From Anthoceros angustus (taxonomy: Eukaryota > Plantae > Anthocerotophyta), in NCBI GenBank assembly GCA_010909165.1, contig VJWM01000288.1, positions 62,001 through 126,000 on the forward strand: a stretch of DNA of 64,000 nt, in the 5' to 3' direction. The notes below the pieces were generated by a model, which worked only from the letters and a program-made list of their open reading frames with translations, made no database searches and was not told the DNA's origin. Positions 1 through 11,100 of the stretch are shown here, in pieces (position 1 is the stretch's first letter; every line of letters begins with the position of its first letter). Both the position numbers and the translations under genes were made by a program.

Positions 1-225
1 TACACCACCCTGCTGCGCAGCCACCCGGACTGTCCACCGGAAGTGGTGGAGCGCGTGGTGGCACTCCGGGAAGGCATTCCCCGGAAAGACGCCAAGGAGG
101 TGGTGCAGGACTGTAAGGAAGTGTACAGCAGAAGCCTGGCCATGGCCAAGGGCCAGCCACCCAAAGCCGGCTTGCTCATCTTCAGCAGGCTCACCTGCTT
201 TCCCAAGGGCATCCTCAGGAGGTGA
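1..225 (+). CDS. SEC6: 3'-terminal exon of exocyst complex component SEC6 (gene starts upstream of the window)
   Basis: Frame 1 from base 1 reads YTTLLRSHPDCPPEVVERVVALREGIPRKDAKEVVQDCKEVY..KGQPPKAG..FSRLTC, matching the plant SEC6 C-terminus (YPDCPPEVVERLVSLREGIPRKD.KEVVQECKEIY). Stop TGA at 223-225. Confidence 0.88.
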   Translation, partial: YTTLLRSHPDCPPEVVERVVALREGIPRKDAKEVVQDCKEVYSRSLAMAKGQPPKAGLLIFSRLTCFPKGILRR

Positions 226-481
226 ATGTAGACATCTGCATGCCATTCTACTCTCCCAATGGAGCTCTGGCAGAGAGGCTTCTGGAGCACACAGGCAGGG
301 GAAGGCACGATGTAATGTGTGAGGCGTGTAGAGTTCAGGGGAAGCTGGTGATGGCGTTCAGGAGGAGTTTGCCCGGACTGGCCTGGCATGTTACGGCTCC
401 CTGGAGTCCGCGTCTCGGCTGTAAAGTCCGACCTGTGGGACTAATGAAGCAACGACGACACAGAGGCTAGCCAACCGGGAT

Positions 482-3034
482 TCAGCAACCCCAGGAGAAA
501 AAATTATGCTGCACTCCGTCTGTGTCAGTCCACCAGCTCTGGCCTGGCTGTTTCCGAGCCCTTGTGCCTGCTCGCATCGCTTCCATCTCTGCTGCCTGCC
601 CCCACATCTGGGCACCCGTGTATACATTCAACATCAACAAATACGCCGCGGCGTCTGTCTTGTCTAGTTTCACCGCCTCATCGAAGGCAAAGCGGCCGAC
701 CTCCACATTGCTCCACTTCCGACAAGCGCCTAATAGGGTGTGCCAAACTGCAACATCGGGGGGCACAGGCATCGTCCTTGCCATAACTAGTGCCTCATCC
801 AGTCGGCCTGCACGGCCAAGGAGATCTACCATGCACGTGTAATGCTCCAGCGTGGGAGTGATGCCATACCGTCTGCTCATGGCCTCGAAGTACTGTTGCC
901 CCTGGTTTACTAGACCTGTGTGGCTGCAGACTGTTAATATACTGAGAAAGGTGATGATGTCAGGCTGTATCCCATCCTCTCCCATTCTGGTGACCAAGTG
1001 AAACACTACCTCACTTTCTCCTTGACGGGTGTATCCTGAAATTAGTGCGTTCCAGGCAACAACGTCTCTGTCGGGCATTGCCTCGAAAGCTTGCTGTGCT
1101 TCAACCATGCTTCCACAGTTTCCATACATGTTTACCAAACTTCCGCCCAGAAGCACGTCAGCTTGAAGCCCTTGCTGTTTGATCTGTGCATGGAGTTGCC
1201 TCCCCAGATCCAAATCTCCCACACCTGCACATGCCTGAAGGAGGCACAAAAATGTCACGGAGTTGGGTGCAACAACACCTTCTTCTTGCATTAACCTGTA
1301 AAGACCAAGGGCTTTCTGCCGCATGCCTTGCTGCAAATATCCTGCTATCATGGCACTCCACGTCACCACATTCTTGGTACGAAGTCCGTCAAAAACTCTT
1401 TGAGCGTCCTCTGGGCTGCCGCACTTTGCATACATGTTTACCAAACTGCTGGCAAGAAAAACATCCGCATCAAGTTCTCGTTCTCTGATTTGTGCATGAA
1501 GCTCCCTCCCACTCTCCACAGCCGGGGCACCCACGCTTGCACATGCCTGGAGGAGGCACGCAAAAGTCACAGCATTGGGTGTAACAATGCCCTCTTCTTG
1601 CATGGCCCTGTAAAGACGGAGGGCTTGCTGCCCCATGCCCTGCTGGGAGTATCCTGCTATCAGGGCACTCCATGTGACTATATTCTTTTCACCAAGTTCA
1701 TCAAACACACGCTGAGCATCCTCTAGGCTGCCGCATTTTGAATACATGTTCACCAAGCTGTTGGCTACAAACACATCAGCCTGAAGTTCTCGTTTGCGAA
1801 TTTGCATATGAAGCTGCCTCCCGTTCTCCAAAGCTGGGCTGCCCACACTTGCACAGGCCTGCAAGAGGCACAAAAATGTTACAGAATCGAGAGCCACAAT
1901 GCCTTCTGTTTGCATAGCCCTGTAAAGACGAAGGGCTTCCTGCCCCATGCCCTGCTGGGAGTATCCAGCTATCATGGCATTCCACGTCACCACGTTCTTC
2001 TGACTCACTCCATCGAATACGGCCCGAGCATCATCTAGGCTGCCACACTTGGCATACATGGTTAACAAGCTGTTGGCCACAAACACATCAGCCTGAAACC
2101 CTCGCTGTCTAATTTGTGCATGCAGCTGTCTCCCCTTCTCCAACGCCAAGATGCCCAGACTTGCACATGCCTGCAAGAGACATACGAACGTCACTGAACT
2201 GGCTGCGACGATGCCTTCCTTCTGCATAGAATCATAAAGACGAAGGGCTTCCTGACCTAGACCATGCTGGGAATATCCTGCCACCATGGCATTCCACGTC
2301 ACCGCATCTTTCGAAGGAAGGCTATCAAAAACTCCTCGAGCATCATCCAAGCTGCCACACTTTGCATACATGTCCACCAGGCAGCTACAAACAAACAAAC
2401 TAGGCTCTACGCCACTAGCCAACACATCAGCATGTACCTGCTGCCCAGATTCCAGGTCTGCTCCTCTTGCACAAGCCTGAAGGGCTGCTACAAACACATG
2501 GCCATCTGCCTTCACTCGTGACCTGCGCATTCGCTGATAGAGTTGTATGGCCTGCTTATCCTGTCCATGTTGAACATGCGCAGAGATTATGGCAGACCAT
2601 GTGAAGGCATCTGGTTTGGCAACCACAGTGAACACATTCATAGCTTCTTGCAACCTGGCATGAGAAGCATACATGCGTAGTAGGTGGTTGCACAGGAACG
2701 TATCCGATTCATACCCTGTCATCACGGTCATGGCATGCACACGGCGAGCAAGAGGCAGGTCCTTCCTTGCCACGCATTCTTTTAGGACAGTGTAAATAAG
2801 AGATTTGGTAACACGATAATCTGTGTGTACCAGAGCTCCAAGAGCCTCAACAGCCTCAGTCACCTGCCCCTGCTGACACAGTTTGCACACTGATTCAGTT
2901 GTTAAGCAACTTTCATATCCTGCTTTGGAAGGAGGCGCCCAACGACCCATCTGTATATCCAAAGCAACCTGCTGCGAATCCATCCGAGCTGGCCTGTAGA
3001 CGTTGCCTCGCCAGATAAACTCCACGCACTGCAT
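482..3034 (-). CDS. PLS-class pentatricopeptide repeat protein with E1/E2 and a truncated DYW:WW domain (organellar RNA-editing specificity factor)
   Basis: 850-aa intronless ORF with about 20 P/L/S motifs (VTWNAMIAGY, VTFLCLLQAC, SLVNMYAKCGS), P2-L2-S2 (EHYTCMVDLLGRAG) and E1/E2. It ends with PGQSWWTDTDGVQHNF and a stop, with no HxE/CxxC. Confidence 0.97.
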   Translation of the reverse strand: MQCVEFIWRGNVYRPARMDSQQVALDIQMGRWAPPSKAGYESCLTTESVCKLCQQGQVTEAVEALGALVHTDYRVTKSLIYTVLKECVARKDLPLARRVHAMTVMTGYESDTFLCNHLLRMYASHARLQEAMNVFTVVAKPDAFTWSAIISAHVQHGQDKQAIQLYQRMRRSRVKADGHVFVAALQACARGADLESGQQVHADVLASGVEPSLFVCSCLVDMYAKCGSLDDARGVFDSLPSKDAVTWNAMVAGYSQHGLGQEALRLYDSMQKEGIVAASSVTFVCLLQACASLGILALEKGRQLHAQIRQRGFQADVFVANSLLTMYAKCGSLDDARAVFDGVSQKNVVTWNAMIAGYSQQGMGQEALRLYRAMQTEGIVALDSVTFLCLLQACASVGSPALENGRQLHMQIRKRELQADVFVANSLVNMYSKCGSLEDAQRVFDELGEKNIVTWSALIAGYSQQGMGQQALRLYRAMQEEGIVTPNAVTFACLLQACASVGAPAVESGRELHAQIRERELDADVFLASSLVNMYAKCGSPEDAQRVFDGLRTKNVVTWSAMIAGYLQQGMRQKALGLYRLMQEEGVVAPNSVTFLCLLQACAGVGDLDLGRQLHAQIKQQGLQADVLLGGSLVNMYGNCGSMVEAQQAFEAMPDRDVVAWNALISGYTRQGESEVVFHLVTRMGEDGIQPDIITFLSILTVCSHTGLVNQGQQYFEAMSRRYGITPTLEHYTCMVDLLGRAGRLDEALVMARTMPVPPDVAVWHTLLGACRKWSNVEVGRFAFDEAVKLDKTDAAAYLLMLNVYTGAQMWGQAAEMEAMRAGTRARKQPGQSWWTDTDGVQHNFFSWGC

Positions 3035-3384
3035 GTGTAGGAAGTCAAGAACGTGGTAACTCTATCCTATTTCCTGTTAAACCGCCAACGTAAGCGACGT
3101 GAGAAAAAGCTGTCACCACAAGAGCGATTGCAGGGACTGTTGCTGGAAGGTTATCCACAGCCAGGACTAGCTGCACTTCGTGCTACCTCGTGTTGTTCAA
3201 TGTTCAGCGTTCATTTCCACAATGTGGTGCTTTTGTTTTGCATTTGCGCTATTCCGAAAGTCCGTGAGTCCCTCTCAATCACCAGTTGACCCAAGATAAA
3301 AAAGAAAGAATGAAAAAAAAATTATTTAGGGGAAATTTTTGATGGGAGAAGCCCATCCAAGCACAGGACAAGCGAGAGGGATCA

Positions 3385-3604
3385 TGAGGGTCGAAGTGAA
3401 GAGGAAAAGTTACAAAGCTCCCTATCCGAAGTTATTGACTGTGCCTGAGGGTCGAAGTGAAGATGAGAAGTTACAAAGCTCCTATCGGCAGTTATTGACT
3501 GTGCCTACGATGTCATATGCGGGAAGAGAAAACGGCCTACATGCTACGGAGGTAGAGGAGGATGCAGAAAATGGCCTACAAAGGTACGGAGGTAGAGGAG
3601 GATG
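3385..3604. repeat. Two adjacent short tandem duplications (about 61 bp x2 at 3385-3505; 39 bp x2 at 3527-3604)
   Basis: TGAGGGTCGAAGTGAAGA..GTTATTGACTGTGCC occurs twice; AGAAAA(C/T)GGCCTACA..TACGGAGGTAGAGGAGGATG occurs twice. Confidence 0.85.
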
Positions 3605-3849
3605 TGTCACCTGCTATCGCTGCTCTGTGGATGATCGCCGTAGAGAGGGCCCGTTGAAGAGCAATTGACACTCTCTATTTGAAGAATGCCGTAAAATAGG
3701 AGAGGGACAGCTCCGCTTCATGCCTGCGAGCATGATAAGCCTTAGCGCAAGACTTGAGAAAAGTATCGAAGTCCTTAGCCAACGCCCCTTTTGTTTTTAA
3801 GGGCGGGCAGAATGAATTGGTAGCCCGCTTGCATCCCACTATATTTCTT

Positions 3850-4790
3850 AACTTTGATAGCTGTTGCTCCAGTAGCAGCCCAACCTAGATGGTTAGTATG
3901 CAGAGATAGGGTCGCGTGCAGGGACACTGACCACCTTGTTCACGATGTGGGAGAGGTCTTCTACGAGAGTCTGGTCGAGGAAGCTCCCTATGAAGTCAAG
4001 GAATCGAAGGGGACCCCCAAAATCCGCAGGCCGGGGGGCCGAAACAATCTCCCCTGTAGGTAATCGCAATCCCCTATGGAGACTAGACATGGCACTTGGA
4101 TAGCTTGATCTTCAAGCCCACCAAAGAAAGCTCATGAGAGAAGAGCTCAAAGGCCTTCTTGACCATGTCCCTAGACTCGAGGATGTGAGAGTCATCTTCC
4201 AGCGAAGGGCAGACACAATCACGAGCTGAGGAGGCAGCCTTGGAAAGGACCCTATAGTGAGCGATGGCGAAGAGAGCACCAGCTAGAGGTTCGCCCTGCC
4301 TGGTACATGTGGCCGACTCCAAGACATAGACGGCAAATCCCGATGACACATTCTTGTTTTGATAGTAGAAGTTGGAAGACCTCATGTAGAAGCACCTAGC
4401 GAAAGGGATAAGGCTCCCAAGACACCGCCAGCGTCCATGAGCTCCTTAATGATGACGCCTCTGGAGATGGTATTGAAGGCATTCTCTACATCGACCTGCA
4501 AGACCACCCTCTCCAAGTGGGTGTCGAGGCATGCCTTCACTCCAAACACCATGGAACCCCTCGGAGTGGCAATCCCAAATTGGGAGGATTTAGCTGTAGC
4601 TGGAGAAGGGAGCGGCATTGCATGCTGAGAAGCTGCATGAACGCTTCCCCAACCGCAAGGAGACGCACGCCTGAGGAGGGAGCGGGCTTGTCCATAGTAA
4701 CTAGCCTGCTAACTGCGAGAACATGAGAGATCCGATGAGGCGTCTCTCCCCCGTCATCCTAGGATAGAAGAGTGCTAAGTTACACTTGAG
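3850..4790 (-). mobile_element. Decayed non-LTR retrotransposon reverse-transcriptase fragment, CRE/SLACS-like (RLE clade)
   Basis: Minus-strand frames give VLAVSRLVTMDKP..GVRLLAVGEAF, QFGIATPRG..LDTHLERVVLQVDVENAFNTISR, TRQGEPLAGALFAIAH and CPSLEDDSHIL (decayed YxDD), with frameshifts and stops. Confidence 0.8.
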
Positions 4791-4935
4791 ACCGCCCCCG
4801 TCATCCTAGGATAGAAGAGTGCTAAGTTACACTTGAGACCGCCCCCGTCATCCTAGGATAGAAGAGTGCTAAGTTACACTTGAGACCGCCCCCGTCATCC
4901 TAGGATAGAAGAGTGCTAAGTTACACTTGAGACCG
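4748..4935. repeat. Perfect 47-bp tandem repeat, 4 copies
   Basis: CCCCCGTCATCCTAGGATAGAAGAGTGCTAAGTTACACTTGAGACCG starts at 4748, 4795, 4842 and 4889. The copies are identical and have no spacers. Confidence 0.97.
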
Positions 4936-7900
4936 AGATATGCAAGGGTTTCTCTACCACCGTCATCCATGATGGTAGCAGCTCACAGGGGAGGAGAAGA
5001 ATAAGTTTATTATAGTGGAAGAAAAAAAAATCTATTGTGAACCACTTGGACGAAAATTTTCCCTTACGAGACTTCGTACTTAACAACTTACAACTTATGC
5101 TATGTTGTGTCTAAACTACAAGGGCATCCTATGGAATACTGATCTGGTCACAAGGGAGCGTGTATGTGACTTTGTTTTTTTGGGTATACGCTACGGAAAT
5201 ATGCCACTGCATCTTTCAGATATTTGCCAATACACATATAATACATGCCACATCAACTTCTGTAAGTTCATACGTGGGGCAAAGACTTTCTATGACACGA
5301 TCATAGGCCTGGTGTTCCGATTGTGTCAAACACATGTTTTCTTGTTTAGGGGTTTAGGGTTTCGATCCGATCACCATACATATATGTTAAACAGGCGGGC
5401 AAGACACACATACACAAATTTTGTTCGCAAGTATGGCCCGTTGGCCGGCGAGCATAAATCCTCCTTAGACGCATTGCTAGAAGATGAGAGTCATTTGAAT
5501 CTGGCATCCATGGTTGCTGTCACGGCAGCTGGCCCAAACATCCAACACCTTGTTCCTCATGCTGCATCTGTGCCCGCTTAGAGTGACCTTGCGTCTCTTA
5601 GGAGACGGAACATGTGAGGACAAATTGTTACGCTTTTTGTGCACTGAGCATATTAGGTGATTGTGCGGCGTAGGAATGTGACAATTTTGTTGCTGCTTGT
5701 CTTGGGGCTTGTGTCAACAGAGTCAAGGACAAGGACAGCAAAAAGGAGAGCTGTCATGGAGCTGGAGATGATCAGAAATTGGACTCTGACACACACAAAA
5801 TCTCGCAGAGACACCGGTGTTCATGCAGCTGCGCGTTGTATCCTTAGCATGTGCCACCTTTGTTTCACGATTTTCGTTTAGTCGGGCAGCTAGGACTGAC
5901 TTGGTGCAAGGGTCTTGCTTTTCAGGCAACTTCAGAAGGATTTCACATATGAGATGGTCCTACAGGCTCGGCAAATGCAGGAAACCATTTTTATGATGGA
6001 CCATTCACTACGTGATACGGGAAAGGTGGCGCCTGTGATTCTCAAGTTCAACGTTTGTTGGCCTCTGTGAAGTTGTGCAGGTCACAATGATTTGCCTTCA
6101 CACTGATTACGGTGTCGTTGTCTCAATAGGATCTGGAATCGATAGAACGAGCCATAGAGCACAGTCTTGAAAGCAACAAAACAGACCGAAAAGCTAGCAC
6201 TTGTGCTCACTCACTCATGCTTGCACAATTGCAGCCACAAAAACCATATGTTCAAGCTTGCACTCCCATGGTGGGAGGTCTCAAAACACCTACCTACAAA
6301 AACACCTACAACCCACCTACAAACCCTGCTCCGCTCAATCTGGAAAGAGCCGTAGAGGAGGGCTTTCATCCTCTTCTGCCCCAGTGCTTGGCCCCTCCGC
6401 TTCCGAGTTCGGAGGCTGCCTCGGCCCAGCCTGAGGGGGAGGAGCCTGCAACGGGGAAGAGGCAACTGCAGCCGGCTATGGCATACCATAGCGAGATGCA
6501 GCCGGCTGCGCCTATGGAATTGGAGGTGGAGGTGGAGCAAACGGCATTTCCTGCATGAAATGGAAAGGTTGGGTAGGGGGAAAGGGGAGAGGTGGGTAGG
6601 GCTGGTAGGAAGGGGAGGGGACCAGAGATGGAATATTGCGTGCCGCAATGGCGCGGCAACACAAATGACCTAAACGCAACCCTAAACCCGAGAAGAAAAG
6701 TTTTTGTGTATCGTGAAATCTTTTCGTGCATCATGGGGTAGATTGACGATATCGGGACACAGGGGAGCTGCAGCCCCAACCGATGTGATCATGCGTAACA
6801 TACCAAAATAGTTCCGCTGTATGCGATGAGACTATTTTTTTCTGTCCACAACCCTAAAAAAATATGGAACCAGATCGTTATTCCATAGCATCCACTCCTT
6901 TTAAGCACCCCGTTGAAGTACTTAAGCGCATGATGCTTAACGGCAATATTCAACAAATTTGCCATTTGGTCCGCGTTTTTTTGGGCGGACGGATGACCGC
7001 CATGGCATATTGACATGGGCTTTGGATGGGCTAAGTGGTGAGTCCCACATACTTCGGGAGGGATACCTGTAAGTTTGTGTGGAGATTTAGCACCTGCCAT
7101 TCTTTGATTTCTCTTGTCGAAAAACCTCAGATACTATAATGCCGAAGGAGGACCATGAAGATCAGTCCACTCCTGAAGTACAAAGTGTAAGGTCATGGTA
7201 CCCCCAAAGCGCTCAAAGGCACCACCCAATGAGTTCATAAAAAGTGATTAGGTCGAGATGCCGTGGTAATAGGGCGGACATCCGGGTTTCTGATATACAG
7301 TGAGGCTTGCAACAAAAGTGAACCGTAGCTTGCCTAAGGAGCATCGATGCCCCAAATGCCCGTACTCGAGTGACTTCAAAAATAAGATCCCGTGACTCCA
7401 GGGCAACTGTTTCAGAAAGAGCGAGCAAAGATAATCAGTAGAGCAATATAAGTCGCTGAACTAATCATTTGAGACATTGAGAACACTCACAAATAGCAGT
7501 CCCCTAGGGACCTATACACAAAGGTCCAATTAGTCAAGCCACTGCACTCCACTTCCCTTCCTTGCTGTAGGGCCGGCTGCTGATTCATCCTGCCAGTTGC
7601 CGGGATAAAGATCTTACAAAGCATACAGAACCAATGATGCAACAGTCAATCCACAAGACCAGATACAACTACTTTTGGCATCCAGTAAGTGCATCCCTCA
7701 CTAAGCCTCTCCCGAATATAGTCCACTCCAGATCCAAACACTAAACAGATAATGCCAGAAGACAAAATTTACAACTTAATTCCAACAACCAGGCTTTAGA
7801 CTGGCAGCCAGCATCCCGAAGGCAATCCCCCAAGCATCAGTTGGCAAAGCAGGCTGTTACAAATAAACTTCAACACTAAACTGCATATTGCTCTCCCCTA

Positions 7901-8153
7901 ATTGTTTGAGGAAGCAGAGAGGTGGTGCACTCTCCAATATTTTTCTAAGGATTCTAATATTGACAAACTAGCAACTATACGAATTCTAAAAATAATCAAG
8001 TGGCTTTAGACCAATACAAGTAAACCATGAGAAACCTGTGCCAATATCCGTCTTAATAAGAACCTTTATCGCCATGGCCGCATAATTCAGAATGCTGAAA
8101 GTGGCAAGGATCTGGCTACGGAATCCAACGAGTCCACCCAGACACCAGACGCC

Positions 8154-11100
8154 CTAAGATCGTCTTGGCCCATCCTCTCCAAAATCATCGTGAGATAGTC
8201 GACCATTGTCCTCCAATGTAGGGGGTACAGAAATAATAGGTGGGGGAGACCAACACTGGTCAGGGACCATCAAAAAGTATGTTGACATAGCTTTCCGAAA
8301 TCGCTTCTTGTACTGCTTGGGTGAAATAACAGTCGGTGCGGCATTTTTTGGACCACCAAGGATCCCTGATGCTTTGACCCAAGTCTCAAGCTGCTTGTCC
8401 CACGTATATTGGCGTATAAAATCAATAATACCTATGGCTAACTCCTGTCGTTCTTCATCAATCCCAACTAGAAGGGAATAGTCCATTACGTCTACAGTCT
8501 GCGGGACACATCAGCAGACAAGGTCAGCTCTCACAGAACACAAACAACGTGCTAAAGAGGGGAAAACAAGAGACCATAGCTCTCAATAAACTAGGTTTAG
8601 GTTGAGCTTATACCGCAAGAAACGCGGTGTCATTCCAAACAGCGCGTTCCAACAGACGTTTAGCCTTGTTGCCGACAAAAATTGGAGCAGTAGGCATTGC
8701 TTCCAAAAGGTTCTGGTCCAATAAAACAGCATTGCTTCCTTTGGAGTCGTTATAACGGGAGCGAACTGATCCCTTCAGGTCATAAATTCGCGATACAGAC
8801 CTTCCATATAACAGATTCTCCATCACCAGAAGATCCATCTTCTGTATCTCTTTGCCTGCTTTCTTCACCGTAACCTGCAGGACCAGGAAAGCAACTTCAG
8901 AAGGCCTGCAGCAAACAACGTTGTGAATTCCATCACACATCATTGACAAAGAACAAAACTTTCTTCCAACCTGATAAAGACCCAAAATTTTGGCCAAACA
9001 TGTTGGGCTCCCAGAATCGATATATTCTGAGAGGTAATTAAAGTACTCAAGGGCAAAGTCCCGAAATGAGACAGATTCTGTTCTCGTGACCTGCTTCACA
9101 ACAAACCGGTCATCCGCAGTCTTGGCAAAAAATACATTGCTCTTGCCTCCTTGTGCTCCCCACTTCTTGCATCGGCATAAAGATCTTAGGAAACTCAGGT
9201 CTCCGTCACAACATTTCTGCCTCAGTATGGCAAACTGCTTTGCATAGTATGACCTGACAGAGTACTTCATTTTACCCTGACCACTTCCATCCTCAAACTG
9301 TGTCAAAATATGAGGATCACCAGATGCTGGCTCTCTGGAACTAAACGATCTGTCCAGGTTATCAGATGAACCTCCATCACTTGACTGCAATGGGTGTGAG
9401 GCACTCCCATCTTGAACACTACTATCAGGAAACTCCCTGCTGTTCTTTAAGTCCCTATGATAATCCTCTGAAGCAAGTGCATACGCTATGATGGTTGTGG
9501 GCTCATCATCATACACTGCTATTATGACGTTGTCCTGACCTGGAGGGAGGAGAACCCTAGCAGTCCCCTCAGCTGCAGTTCTAGATATGCTCAACAGGGA
9601 AGGCGGCCCGCGAGCTTCACTCCTTGGAGGTGAACCAGCAATGGAACTGGAAGTTCGGCTGCTGTAAGTCCTGTAAAGATTGTGGAAAGGCGTTGCAAAT
9701 TCACGATCAGCCACACTCTTTGATGGTGATGAAGGGGTACTCTGCTGCACTGCGTCAGTCACATCCCTCTGTTCAACATTGAGTATAGCCACAGTAGGCA
9801 TTGCCCCGTCCAGACCAGGTCCATCAGTCTGTACACCAGATCTGTCATAGATCATAGATTGTTCCATCTCTGCAGCCTGTCCACCTGTAGTAAGGAACTC
9901 ACTACTTGCAGCAGGGAGACTGTTATTGAGAGTCAGTTCATCAGGCACAGCCTGAGCCACAAGGTTGTCTGAGGAATTGGCATTCCCTGATACATCCAAG
10001 TGTGCAATCTCATTAGTAGGCTCAGATTCTTGTTCAACAACCTCCACTGAACTACCCGCTGGCTCATCTTGTATTCCAGAAGCAGCTTCAACTCCACCTT
10101 GCACAACATGCTCAAGTCTAGGGCCCAACATTTCTCTAACCTTCTCATCGAGGGCAGGCACAGGACTACCGAACGCCTCAACGATGCTTGGATCCAGCGG
10201 AATTGTGACAGGAGGAGCCTTGGAATCTGCAGAGATGGGCAGTAACGTTGTTGAAGCCATGTCTGGAGGTGCTTGTACCGCCCCAACCCCCGAATCAGCA
10301 CTTATCCCCGAATGTTCATCCCCATTCATCAGATTTCTTGCAGTTCCACTACTTCCACTAGAATCTGCACCACTGTGCGATCTGGAAAGACCACTTCCGG
10401 ACCCTTCTGAATCAGCCTCTCCATCTTGACTACCCATCGACTTGCCACTGATACCCCCAAAACTCATTTGTTTTGCCAGCTTGACGGAGGAATCATCCAA
10501 TAAATTTGCTTCTGAGCCACCTAGACCTCTTTTTGCCTTGAGATGGGTGTTTAACTTATTAAACTGATCTTCCCAGTAGATGGCACATTCCACAAGTATC
10601 CGTCTTAGGAGGTTCAATTGTAGAATGTCTGCAATAGGTTGTCCGGGCTGCGGATTTGGGTTTGCTGCCTTCTGCAACTCGCCCTGAAATGCCAGTAAGA
10701 AAAAAGACTAAGAAACCTGAGCTCATCTATTGTATCACGTATCTGCGACTCACAAACAAAGAACACAAAGTGTGTGCCAAAATAGATATAGCACATTGAT
10801 AGCAGCATGTGCTGACCTCAAAACCCGCCTTATAACTTTGAGCCAGTGTCTCTAATTCCACATATCGCCTCCTTGCCTCCGGACCTTTGACCCCACACAA
10901 CCTCTCCAGAGATCCAGAACTAGCAATCCTCTCTCCAATCACGCGGAGAGTATCGAACACCTCCGCAAATACTTGGTCTCCTCTCTTACCAATCTGAGCA
11001 AGACACATTAGTTAACAGGAATTCTGCAACTGAATTGCTCGAATCTGGCCACAAGGAGGAAACAAAACGGAGAACTACCTCGTCCAGTTCGTCCTGAAGC

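Noticed and set aside
391-627. Alternative-frame continuation of the PPR DYW domain (frameshift at the T6 run)
   Set aside because: Both alternative frames were translated and neither gives DYW motifs.
4748-4935. 47-bp repeat array as a CRISPR array
   Set aside because: The units are contiguous with no spacers, there are no cas genes, and the context is eukaryotic.
5330-5352. TTTAGGG telomere-like motifs (also near 25731)
   Set aside because: Only about two copies each; too short to indicate an interstitial telomere or telomere targeting.
6100-7450. Possible transposase/integrase remnants
   Set aside because: Translation of several frames gave no convincing motif.
9933-10429. Alternative-frame and antisense ORFs over FAB1 (and similar ones over the PPR and GH17 genes)
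   Set aside because: These are shadow ORFs of long real exons.
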